This document shows, piece by piece, positions 47,596 to 59,050 of a stretch of 64,000 bases of DNA. The stretch is from Phyllosticta citribraziliensis (taxonomy: Eukaryota), in contig NW_027117347.1 of NCBI RefSeq assembly GCF_038025025.1, positions 124,001 to 188,000 of the forward strand, written 5' to 3'. The notes below the pieces were generated by a model that had not been told where the DNA came from, did not search any database, and saw only the letters and a list, made by a program, of their open reading frames with translations. A program made the position numbers and the translations under genes. Positions within the stretch are counted from its first letter, which is position 1. The number at the start of each line of letters is the position of its first letter.

Positions 47596-48954
47596 TCACG
47601 TCATGTTGAGAAAGTGGCCAAACGTCGCGTCGTCGAGCAGCAGCTCCTCCACCGTGACCTCCCTCCGCAGCGGCGACGCCCGGTCCGCCGGGTTCGCATC
47701 CTTGAACGAGCGCTTCTTCGCCCGGAAGGCTTTGACGCGCTGACGGCAGATGCCCACGCGCGAGGTGGTGCTGTTGCTGGTGCTGGTGTCCGTGCTGGTG
47801 TCGTTGCCGGTGATGGTGGTGCTGCTGATGCCCGTGACGGGGATGATGTTGCTGGCGGTGCTGGCCCTGCTGCTACGGCCTTGGCCTTCCGCCTTCCTCT
47901 TCGCCCGGCGGACTTCGTGTTGGATGTGCCGCGGGAGAGCAGGGTGTTCCTGTTGCTCTGCGGCCAGTGCTGCCTCTTTTGCTGCCGCTCTTGCTGCTCT
48001 TCTGGCTGCCGCTTTTGCCATTGCTGCCGCAAGTGCTGCTTCTGCTGCCGCCAGTGCTGCCGCCAGTGCTGCTGCTTCTGCTGCCGCCGCCGCCTCCCCG
48101 GCTGGGAAGATCAAGCGCAGCCGCTGGACGCGAAGAGGAGGAGGAGGCGTGGCCGGAGGCGTGGGCGGCGAGGCCGGGAGCGTGGGCGGGGCGCGGGGAC
48201 GCGGGGTCAGGTACAGTTTGAGTCTCTGCACCTTCTTGGTGCCTCCTGATGACAAGCAGGGAGGCGGGGCGGTCCTGGTAGTGGTAGTGGTCGTGGTGGT
48301 GGAGGCGCGTCGACATGGACATGGACGCTTTGCCTCTCTCTCCTGCTCTCCCTCGGGCTCTGCCCGCCGTTTGTGGCCGCGCGGAGCAGGGGCGGGATTG
48401 GCAGAAGACGAATGCAGCGGCGTCGGCGTGGCCGCGGTGGGAGCAGTCGTGGCCTTGGCCGTAGCCTTTGGCATGGTCAGGCGCAGGCGCAGGCGAGGCG
48501 TCTTGGAATCCTTCATGGCCGGGGCCGTGGCCGCGGGAAGGGTCTCGGGAGCGGCCGTGGGAGCAGTCGTGCCCTTGGCCGTGCCCATGGTCAGGCGAAG
48601 GCGAGGGGCCTTGGGAAGGGTCTCAGGGGTCTTGGGAGCAGCCGTGCCCTGGCCCATAGTGAGGCGAAGGCGAGGGGTCTTGGGAACAGTCGCAGGCGTG
48701 GCCCCAGCCGTAGCCATGGGAGCATTCGTAGCCGTAGCCGTGGGACCATTGGTGGGAGCATTCGCAGTCGCAGCCAAGATGGCCCTGGCCTGAGCTCTAG
48801 TCAGGGGATGACGGGGCTCGGAAGCATTCGTGGTCGTGGAGGTCAAGGGCGAAGGCCTATTACGCATGCCAAAGTACGCCTCGATGGCGGCGAGGACGTC
48901 GTCGGACAAGTTTGCGCGGGTGGTTTTGTTGGTGTTGGTGTTCTTGGAAGGCAT
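47596..48954 (-). CDS. Low-complexity basic Ala/Thr/Pro-rich orphan protein with repeated PRLRLTM motifs
   Basis: 452-aa ORF with GCCATG start, internal DNA-level repeats and a bipartite-NLS-like HKRR...AKRP. Confidence 0.55.
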   Translation of the reverse strand: MPSKNTNTNKTTRANLSDDVLAAIEAYFGMRNRPSPLTSTTTNASEPRHPLTRAQARAILAATANAPTNGPTATATNAPMATAGATPATVPKTPRLRLTMGQGTAAPKTPETLPKAPRLRLTMGTAKGTTAPTAAPETLPAATAPAMKDSKTPRLRLRLTMPKATAKATTAPTAATPTPLHSSSANPAPAPRGHKRRAEPEGEQEREAKRPCPCRRASTTTTTTTTRTAPPPCLSSGGTKKVQRLKLYLTPRPRAPPTLPASPPTPPATPPPPLRVQRLRLIFPAGEAAAAAEAAALAAALAAAEAALAAAMAKAAARRAARAAAKEAALAAEQQEHPALPRHIQHEVRRAKRKAEGQGRSSRASTASNIIPVTGISSTTITGNDTSTDTSTSNSTTSRVGICRQRVKAFRAKKRSFKDANPADRASPLRREVTVEELLLDDATFGHFLNMT

Positions 48955-49299
48955 GGCGATGATGCTGCTCGTCTCGTAAGCAAGGTAAGCAAGTACGTCA
49001 GTAAGGAGTAAGGAAGAAAGGCTTGGATGCTCCTTATGCTGCGACGATGCAATGCAATGCTGAGGACTGGATGCTCTTTGAAGCAGATTTCGAATCAGAC
49101 GAGATCAGAGGACGAAAGTGCGATGGAAAGAGCAGAGAAGCACAGGGCTATTGCGAACATTTAAACCCCGACGGCAGACACTCTCTGGGAGCTACTGCTA
49201 GTGATCCACGACAGTCCCCTAGGGAAGTACGGTACGGAGTGGTACGCCCCGAGGGCGAGGGCGACGCGGTATGGTAGATGATCGAATTTCAACGGACAA

Positions 49300-50500
49300 A
49301 TCGGGACAGGTGGGCAGGCAGACGGTGTTGAGAGCCCATCGTTGTGCCATGCGCCGCCCCCTGGACCAGAGAAATACGTTGTAGAAACGTAGGAACCGCG
49401 GTCGACAACCCCAACACCGAGCCAGTCGGGCTGGGTGACTCTGGTCGACTGGAGCGAGAAAAGGGGCGTCAAGATAGATGAAAGACGGGAGTGTTGTGAC
49501 TTTATTCGATTCACAAGTAAAAGAAGACATGAAGAGACACGCACATAGAGAGAGTGTGAGAGGTTGGGGAGAGATAGATAGGTACGGTTTCGAGGGGACA
49601 AATGGGCAGGCAGGCAGACGGATGGAGGGATCCCGAGGTTGAGACCCTGTGGTTGTCATGCAACGCCTGCTGGATCAAAGGAAGCAATACGTTGCATCCA
49701 TGGTAGAACCACGGTTGACGACCCCAACAGCAACAGTGGCCCTTATTTAAGAGCCAGGTCGGGCAGCGGGTGGGATGACTGTTGTTTTGCGGTTGGCTGG
49801 ATTGAAAAAGGGGACGTCAAGATAGAAAAAGGCTTTTGGAAAGAAAGAGAGACACACACAGGGAGAGAGGGTGGGGGAGATACAGAGGTGCGGTTTCAAA
49901 GGGACCAAGGGGCTGGTAGACAGACAGAACCCCAATCGAGCGTGTCGTTGTGCCATGCTTTGCCCCTGAACCAAAGAAAGACGTCATATCCGTGGTAGAA
50001 CAACCACAACCACGGTTGACGACCCCAACAACGACAACAGCAGCAACGGCCCTTGATGAAGACTCGCGCCGGACGGGATGGACGACTCTCATTCCATGGC
50101 TGGCAGCATGGTGGAAGATGAGTTTGGAACATGTGTTCGATTCACGAGTAAGAAAAGGCATTTGGAAAGAGACGCACTGAAGAGAGATGGGGAGAAACAG
50201 GGAGAAAGAGAAGGGAACGGCAGCATTGTCGTTCGATGGACGACCGAGCCGTGGGAACCATGGTTGATGAAGTCAACAACAATGGCTGCAATGATGGTTG
50301 ATGAAGAGCCACGCTGGGCGGTGACTGTTGAGTTGTGCTTGACTGGATCAAGGAGAGGGGCATCAAGAGACGAGAGACAGGAAGCATCGGAAGATAGATT
50401 CGGTTCATGAGCAAGAAGGAGAAGACTTTTGGAAAGAGACGCACACAGAGAGACGGAGAGACAGAGATGGGGGAAAGAAAAGAGAAATGCAGCATTACCT
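49300..50500. repeat. Degenerate tandem array, about four units of ~250-310 bp
   Basis: Recurrent blocks such as GAACCGCGGTCGACAACCCCAACA (49393), GAACCACGGTTGACGACCCCAACA (49706), AACCACGGTTGACGACCCCAACA (50008) and GAACCATGGTTGATGAAGTCAACA (50255). Confidence 0.85.
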
Positions 50501-50599
50501 GCAAGAAAGACAAAAACCCAAGTCTGGCTGGTTTTGGCGGAGGTCCGCGGTTCCCTGTGCCAGACGAGACTCCCGGTTCACCTCACCACCATTCTGACG

Positions 50600-50638
50600 C
50601 TACCCCATCTGCCTACCCCATCTGCCTACCCCATCTGC
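50600..50638. repeat. 13-bp tandem repeat (CTACCCCATCTGC)x3
   Basis: Read directly; overlaps the stop codon of the 50626-52895 gene. Confidence 0.95.
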
Positions 50639-52895
50639 CGCGCATGCACGTCAAAGACCTCATTCCGCCAACCACCATCCTCCCACTCGTCAACCCGCTC
50701 GGCCGCCTGCTCGGCCTCCTCATGCCACAACTTGACGACGCTGCCAGGAGCATACTTGCCCTTGAAGACGCCCTTGCCAGGCGCATCGACGCCGACGCGG
50801 ACGTCGAGATCCGGGTCCTCGCGCGGCTTGAGACGCGCCATGATGGCCTTGAAAAAGGTGCGCCAGTCCTGCGGGTCGGCGATGCGCGTGGCGCGCAGGC
50901 GCTCGCGTGCAAACAGGAGCTCGCGGTTGGCCGTGTGCAAAAAGTCGGCAATGGTGCTGGCGAGCTGCGCTTCCAGCGTCTTGCGCAGAATGGGCCGGAT
51001 GATTGGCTGCAGGAGCCACGAGAAAAAGGTCATTTTGGACTTGCTGAGCGAGTAGGACAGCTTGTGCACGTGCACGCGGACGGCGCGCAGAGAGAGGACC
51101 TTTTCGAGATGGTCGCGGCCCACCTCAATGTCGAGGTGCACGTCGATGCCGCGGTCGTCGAGGGCGAACGAAGCAATGCCCGAGTCGGTGAAGCGCAACA
51201 AGGGATGCGAGTGGAGGCGCAGCCAGTATCCCAATTCAGAGGCGCGAAAGGTGAGGCCGTCTAGTTTGACAGTGACGAGCGACGTCATCGACGAGGTGGT
51301 GCGGAAGCGGGCTTTGCGAATCTCCAAGTCGTTGTACGTCTCGACGCGGAGTCTATACGGAAGAAACGAAGTGTGGTTGACAGTCTTGCCCGGCTCAATG
51401 ATGAGGTTCTCCAAGAGCAGGTCCATGTCTGGAGTGGCGACTTCGAGACGAGGAATGGGCACATATTGGACGGCTTGGATGAGAAGAGGCACAAAGACGT
51501 TGATGGCATCAGTCAAGAGATCCGCGTTTGCGTAGTGGTGCTTCGGCGACAGGATATGCACAATGTTTGTCGTGGTCCTGAGGAGTTTTGAAATGTCCTC
51601 GTCGTGCAACACGGCCTGCAGCGTCGATTGTGCTTGACCGAGAAACTCGTCGACATCTTTGCGGAGCGAAGAGTCTGTTCCAACCCCACGAGCCCTTGCA
51701 CGGAGCTCCTGAAATTTTTCTTCAATGTGTTCGAGGAAATCGGGGTCCGTGAGCAGCTTTTGCAGGGTGTTGCCAATGTCAACCATTAGACTTTCGAATT
51801 CGGGGTCATTCTGACTGTGCTCCATGACTCGCTTGAACTTTTGCTCGAGCTCATCCCACTGCTTGCGATCCCCAAACGACGACAGGAGTTTCCAAAAGTT
51901 TTGGATGGCTCTGTCCATTGCAGCATTCTCGTGGACGCCGTCCTGGGCCGTTTCGAGCGTCTGCTCCACTGCGCGCGAGTAGACCATGGCATAGCGCTTG
52001 ACGAGCAAAGAGAGGGTGGAGACCGACTCGGAATAGTCGTCCCGTCTCCTCAGCTTCAGCACGGCCTGCTTGAGGCGGTGGACCATTGTGTCCCGCTCCT
52101 CACCACCCAAGTGTTCGACCAGACTGTGCGACGCATCCTTGGCAATGTCTGCGGCGCCGTTGCCGACAGCCTTGGAGACGTCGGCGACATCATCCTGCAA
52201 GTCTTGCTTGGTCGGCGCAGGGCCATCGTCGGCCCCAGGCTCCTTGAGCTGTTGCTGCTCCTCCTCCGAGGGCTCCAGCTTCTTCCCGACCTCTTCTGCG
52301 ACATTCGACAGGGAGAATGCAGTGTCCTTGAAGACCTCGCGGCCGACGACGTTGATGTCGGAAAGGAATCGGCGAAAGTCGGAGTTGGTCAGCAGCAGCG
52401 AGCCGACGGTCTGCAAGCTCTTGTAGGCTGCGCTGGTCAGCATGTGTCAGCGCAATATTGAGGCGACTTGCCTGCAGCAGTGTCGGCTTTGGACTTGGCC
52501 TTGGCGGCGTTGGCTGCGAGGTGGTCAACATCAAGCGAGACTCTCGACTTGGTCAGAAACCAGATGAAGTCTTGAATGTAGTCGTCGCTGTTCTTGTGCT
52601 GGAGCAATTCCATGAATTCGGTAAGCCATTGTCGCGTGTATTTTACGAGCAGACGTCCCGAGTCACTGAGGTCTGGATTGGTGGGGTTGAGGACGTCGGC
52701 GGCCAGCAGAGTGCGCAGATTTACAATGGCCTGTTCGTTGGATGGCATGTATCCTTTTCCGAGGGCTCTGATCATCTGGTACGAGTGCAGCTTCTGGTGG
52801 AGCTGCCTCTGAAGGGCCGTGTCATCATCGTACTGGGGCAACAAGGGCTCGCGGTCGGCGTCGCGCGAGCGGAAGAAGGGGAGGCAGGACGACAT
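50626..52895 (-). CDS. DUF4449/DUF5923-type (BPI/TULIP-like) conserved fungal protein
   Basis: QKLHSYQMIRALGKGYMPSNEQ, LLLTNSDFRRFLSD, YVPIPRLEVATPDMDLLLENL and GIASFALDDRGIDVHLD. One intron (~52428-52471). Confidence 0.75.
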
Positions 52896-54016
52896 GGTTG
52901 GGTGGAGGTGGAGGTGGAGGTGGAGTGGCGGTCATGGTGGAGGATGGGATGGGGTGCGATGGGATGGCGAACCAAGGAAGGGCGGCGGTCATCATGGGAA
53001 TCAATGTCGTGGGGGTGACGTCTTTTGTGCGGCTAGTGTGTGGCTGGTGGGGTAGAGGTGTGGCGGTGGGACAAGGTGTGGCGGTGCTTGGCGCCTGGCT
53101 TGGCAATTCAGCGATCGAGACGTTAGAGGAATTTTGCGGAGAAGCGCTAGCCATGGATCCTCTCCTCCAGTCCAGTCTGGTCCCTCTGCTGTCTGCACGA
53201 CTCGCTCCACGCATTCAACACTTCTGTTCACGTTCTAGCCCGGCTGCGGCAGTCTTGCATGGTCAGCACCGGTCGTGCGCCGTCGACGCCGTTTCATTTC
53301 GCGTTCCGTCGAATTGATCGTCTGCAGGGCCTCCACCCGACGCAAACGCGCCCTTAACGCCCGTTGAACCCATCTCAGCCCGACATCACGAGTTGGCCGC
53401 TCGGACGTACACAAATTCAACGCATTCCAGGGGCTCAAGTCCGGGCGTCAGCGGAGCACCCGCGTTGGTCTCCGTCTACGGCAGCGCAGCTGAAGAGTTG
53501 CAGCCGTCCGTATCCGCAGGCCGGAGGTGCAATGGCGGCATCGGACAAGACCAGAGTGAGTCAGCTTATTGCCCAACCAATGCCGGGGCGTCAATTATTA
53601 TTTTCGTCGGGGTGGGCGTGGATTGACGGTGGAGAGGCGGAGGAGACGATCTCGAAGCGCGTCGGCGGGAACCGGGAGCTAGGCCGGTTGGGGTAACCAG
53701 CTCCCTTGTCAGTGTCTTGCAGTGCCTGTCAGTCTCGCCGCAGCAGAGCGACAGGACCAGAAAAACAATGGCATAATCTGCTTCTCTGCATTGCCTCGCA
53801 TGCACACGCGACCTCGTCCTGAGTGGTGAGACGCACACCTCACGTCGGATCACTCTCTCATTTGCTGCCACGTAAAATTCCCGCCGGCCCTGCCCGCCCT
53901 GATCGCGCCCGGCTCCCCTCTCGTCACATCTCAAGACAAGATCCAGCTACCCTGGGACCTGTTTTCCGCCTTTGCCGTCCGCAACGCCAGTTTGCCTCGT
54001 CTCGGTTGCCTCCCTG

Positions 54017-56103
54017 ATGCCGTCGTCGATTCTTAAGCGGGCTGCCCGCCCACTTCTCTCCTCGTCGACCATCCCTCTGCGCCCCAAGCCGATATCTCGT
54101 CTCTACTCCACCATGACGGCCGCCGCCGAATACAACGACCAGCCCGTCCCCACGGGCAAGCCCGCTCACCCTCCCAACGCCCAGCCGAAACCAATTCTCT
54201 CGTCGTGAGTCACCAATTCCCCCAATTTTCACTCTACTAACACGCGCCAGCACCGGCGATTACGACACCTCCTACAGCCTGGAAGCCCGCCGCTATCTCC
54301 GAACATACGGCCTCATCCCACCCGCCGTCGAAAGCCATGAGATACAGCTAAAAAGATGTACGACAGACGCCCGCCTGAGCCCGGCTGAGCCACGCTAACA
54401 CCCGCAGGTTTGGCGCTGCTCGAAAGCAAGGCTGCCGAGCTGGAAAAGTACCAGTATCTGAGTCATCTGCGCGCCACAAACACCCACCTCTTTTACCGTT
54501 TGCTCGCAGACAACGTCAAGGTGCGGATCCTGCACGAACAAAATCTGCCCAGCTCACACCATCTCAGGAGATTACCCCCCTGGTATACACTCCGACAATA
54601 GGCGCTGCTTGCCTGGCATGGCACAAGCTGTACACGCACCCCGAGGGCATGTACCTGTCGTTCGAGGACCGGGGCAACCTGCGCGCCGTCATTGCCAACT
54701 GGCCGCACGATGTCGAAATCACCGTCGTCACCGACGGCTCGAGAATTCTTGGCCTGGGAGACATTGGCGTCAATGGCATGGGCATTCCCGTCGGAAAGCT
54801 GTCGCTCTACACGGCCTGCGCCGGCATCCGGCCAGACCGCACCCTGCCCCTCATGCTGGATCTGGGCACTGGCAACAAGGAGTTGCGGGAGGACCCGCTC
54901 TACATGGGCAGCCGCAGAGATAAGGTTACTCCCGCCGAGGAGAAGGAGTTTATGGACGAGCTCATGGCGGCGCTGACGGAGAGGTGGCCTGGGTGAGTGC
55001 TGGCCCTGCGTGACATGAAGCATCACTGACTGTCGCAGCATCGTCATTCAGTTTGAAGACTTCAAGAACCCCTTCCCCGCCCTCGAGCGCTACCAAAACA
55101 CATACACCTGCTTCAACGACGACATCCAAGGCACTGGCGCCGTCATCCTCGCCGGCTTCGTCAATGCCGTCAAGCACGCCGGCATCGACCTCCGGGATCA
55201 CCGGGCCATCTTCCTCGGCGCAGGCAGTGCCGGTGTCGGTGTCGCCAAGCAGATTGTCGAATTCTTCATCAAGGAGGGGCTCAGCGAGGACGAGGCCCGC
55301 AAAAAGTTTTGGTTCATGGACTCTCGCGTAAGTGTGCTCCCACGTTGCCTGACATGGTCTGACGTGTGCAGGGACTCGTGACTCTGGACCGCGGCGACAC
55401 GCTGGCGGACCACAAGGTCTACTTTGCGCGCGACGACAACGACGGCAAGCAGATCAAGACGCTGCCCGAGCTGGTCGAGTACGTCAAGCCGACCATCCTG
55501 ATGGGGCTGTCGACCATCGGCGGCGCCTTCACGCCCGCCATCCTCAAGCGCGTGGCCGAGCTCAACGAGCACCCCATCGTCTTCCCGCTGTCCAACCCGT
55601 CGTCCAAGTCGGAATGCACCTTTGAAGACGCCGTCAAGTACACGGACGGCCGCGTGCTCTTCGCCAGTGGCAGCCCGTTCCCGTCCATCGACTTTGACGG
55701 CAAGACCCTCACCCCCGGCCAGGGCAACAACATGTACGTCTTCCCGGGCATCGGCCTCGGCGCCATCCTCTCCAAGGCCGTCAACGTCACGCAAGACATG
55801 ATCTACGCGTCGGCCACCGCCCTCTCAACGGCCCTCACGCCCGACGAGCGCGCGCAAAAGTGGCTGTACCCCGACATCCGCCGCATCCGCGACGTGTCGG
55901 TGACCGTGACGCGCGGCGTCATTCGCGCCGCACAGCGCGACGCCGTCGACCGCGAGCTGGCCCTGCGCAACCTGCCGGACGACCAGCTCGACGCGTACAT
56001 CCGCGACCGCATGTACGATCCGTTTACCGAGGGCGACAAGATTGGCGACGAGGTGCGTGCGTTGACGGGTGGTGTCAATGGCGTGCGCAAGAGCCACTTG
56101 TAG
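54017..56103 (+). CDS. MAE1: NAD(P)-dependent malic enzyme
   Basis: PLVYTPTIG, VVTDGSRILGLGDIG, GIPVGKLSLYT, IQFEDF, FNDDIQGTG, FLGAGSAGVG, FPLSNP and GQGNNMYVFPGIGLG. Five introns. Confidence 0.95.
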
Positions 56104-56415
56104 ATGTGGAAAGAGGGGAGTGTGGTGAACCAAAAATGCGGGCCTGGTTTCTTTTCTTTCTTTTCTTCTTTCGTTGCTGCAGCTGGGACGGGCGCAGGCG
56201 TACCGGATGGCTGGATGAATGGCTTACGGGCACTGAGTGGGCAAGCGTCTCTAGAGCGCGCAACACACCACACCACACAACACAAGATGGGATACCCACA
56301 CACACACACTTCAATGTCTTACAGTACGTACACTGGGCTGTTGCGTACATGTGCAAAGGCAAGGCAAAGTAGATAACAGACATACGTGAGCGAGTAATAT
56401 GACGAGTTGCCACCA

Positions 56416-56511
56416 CCACCAGTGCCTCCACCAGTGCCTCCACCAGTGCCTCCACCAGTGCCTCCACCAGTGCCTCCACCAGTGCCTCCACCAGTGCCTC
56501 CACCAGTGCCT
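56416..56511. repeat. Perfect 12-bp minisatellite (CCACCAGTGCCT)x8
   Basis: Read directly from the sequence. Confidence 0.97.
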
Positions 56512-56939
56512 CCACCATCATCACAGCTGCTGCTGCCGTTCTAGAACTAAGACCTGTCTTGTCTTGTCGTGCAGCGGCAGAAGAGCGATGCTGTACAGCG
56601 TCGCCTGGCGCGATACCGGTGTGTGATGGTGGATGGCGCAGGGCTGTCTCGAACTAGATAGATAGGTGGGTTGTCTCATTGAGCATGTTCTGTCTGCCTG
56701 TCTCACCAGTCCATCTCTCATTCTTCAGCCTCACTCGCTGCCATCGCTTGACGCTCCCGCCCCAAACAGTCTCACGCCTCTATCTACGTACGGCGCTACA
56801 TAGCTCCCTACCGACACATCTACAGCACTGCATACGTACCACAATTCCTACCCCCATCCATCGATGCCCCGCGCAGATGGCAGCGTCATGCACTGGCCTT
56901 TCTTGGCTGTTTTGATTATTCGCGACGGCTGACTGGTCG

Positions 56940-59050
56940 GCCAGTTGCTTGCTTGGTTGGTTGGTGATCCGGGAACGAACGAACGAACAAACGAACGAAC
57001 GAACAAGCTTCCCCGCATTCTGCTCTGCTCCGCTCCGCATGTGCTCCGTCAATGGGTGGATGGAGCGCCGTATGTATGTATGTACCCCAGACGCCTCTCG
57101 CCTTTCTCGTACTGTACATGTCAGCGGACAGACAGGGCAGGGCAGGGCAGGGTACATAGACAAGGGACGGGTGGCGTACCGGACTTCCCGAGGAAACGAG
57201 GGAGGTGGGGGTGAGGGTCTGTCTGCCTCTCGTCTTCTCCAGAAGCTCATCCACCACACCACACCACACTTCTGTCCTTCTATCCTGTAGCTGACTGGCC
57301 TTTTGCTGCTACTGTGCAGTGTCTAACGACGTAGGTGGGTCTAGAGGTTTGCAAGGCGGGGTAGCTGCGCTGGCTGAGGCCGGTCAGGGACGATGGGATG
57401 GGATGATTACGTCAAGCCGCAGACGCAGACGCCCCGCGGCCTACATACCTACGGCACGCCCGCATGTGTACAGTATATGCATAGGTGGTCGAGACAACGG
57501 CTGTACTTACCTTACTGTGCTTCTATGGTGTGTATTTGAAGGACAGGACAGGACAGGAGGGAGGGAGAGTAAGACAGGCGGCGGTGGTGGCGGCGAACAG
57601 CTCCCTACATATTGATGTGAACTGTAGAGGAGAGACATGGCCAGTTACAGTTCTTCCTTGGTGATATACGTATCTAACTGTTTGTCCAAGGACATATCTC
57701 TTCTGCATTTTCGACTGACTGACTGACGCAACGCCACACGATCATTCATTCATTCCTCCCTGCCCCTCCCCGCTCCTCTCCTCGTGCTCCCCTCTCCCCT
57801 CTCCCCACACAACCAACCGACCAGCCAACCACACACGCGACAAGTCAATCAATCAATCCACCATCCACACCCATCACACACCCCGCATTCTTGGCTTTAG
57901 CCTTGGCTCCACACCACACCATCCATCCCATCCCATCCCTGCCCTTCCCTGGTAACCTAGCGTAGTAGCTTGGTAGTAGCCGCACCCCTTCCTCATGCAT
58001 GTGGGTACTCGACCCAAGTCAGCAGCGCAAATCACAAAGCGAGAAAAGAAAAAGAGAATTGTAGCCACACACACACACACACACACACAGGTGGTAGGTA
58101 AGTAGGTGTACCTGCACGACGGTCCGCCGCTACATGTATCCGCCTTTACTGTACGCATGTGAACCACGCCGGCACGCCACGCTACGCCAGGCACACACAC
58201 CAAGGGTCTGCGACTCGCCTCCGCCTCCGCCGTCTCTCTGTGTGTCTTGTCTCGTCTAGGTATATACATACACAGGTACATGCCACCCATGGCGTACCCT
58301 TCCCCTCTCCCCGCTCCGCTCATCGTCATCATCCGTCCGCGTGCCCGCTCTGTCCGTTTCTTAGGCTAGGTAGCTCCCATAAGTAAGCACGCGGCGCCAG
58401 CCAGGCAGTCTAGGCTGTCCTATCCTCCACCACAGCCGCAGCCGCCGCCGCCGCCGCCGCCGCCGCCAGCCGCCAGCATCCGTGCTCAGTTGACAAAGTC
58501 GGTCACGTCGCTGCCGGTCTCGAGAGAGAGACGGGAGACAGACAGACAGGCTAGACTAGAACAGGCTGATTAGTGTGCTGGTTCGCTTGGTCGCTTACTT
58601 ACCTACACGCCAAACTTACCGACCTACCGACCTACCTTGCCTACATCTTCGTCTTGCGTCCACTTTGCGTTGTTGGCTGAACGGACCGGCTAGCTCGCCA
58701 GCCAGCCATCGACACTTTCTCATTCTTTTCTCACCTCGCGCATCGTGGGCTTTTGCGCTGCCAATTCGGGGTCGAACGACATTGTCGCAGCGCTTGCTTG
58801 GTCGAGACGCCCAAACCGCGACGTGATACCCGGCTCTTAGACCTTTACTTCTCCTGTGGCGTACCATCGGTCGCGACGAGACGAGACGAGAAGAGACAGG
58901 ACGAACGGGGGCGGAATAACACGAGCAAGCAAAGCTTCAGCGTCAACTTACCTGCGTGTCGGGGTGCCAGCGAGAGCAAGACACAAACGACGCAAACGCA
59001 GTTCTTCGTCAGGCAGACGACACGACACGACACGACACGCAAACGCGCGT
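56940..59050. repeat. Intergenic region dense in short tandem repeats
   Basis: (GAAC)n 56973-57004, (GGCAG)n ~57135, (CA)12 58066-58089, (GCC)9 58441-58467 and (ACACG)n ~59020. Confidence 0.85.

Noticed and set aside
49300..50500. CRISPR-like interpretation of the spaced repeats
   Set aside because: Eukaryotic context, ~300-bp period, degenerate repeats, homologous spacers and no cas genes.
56399..56626. His/Cys-rich (HQCL)n ORF resembling a metal-binding peptide
   Set aside because: Simply a translation of the 12-bp minisatellite; no independent coding evidence.
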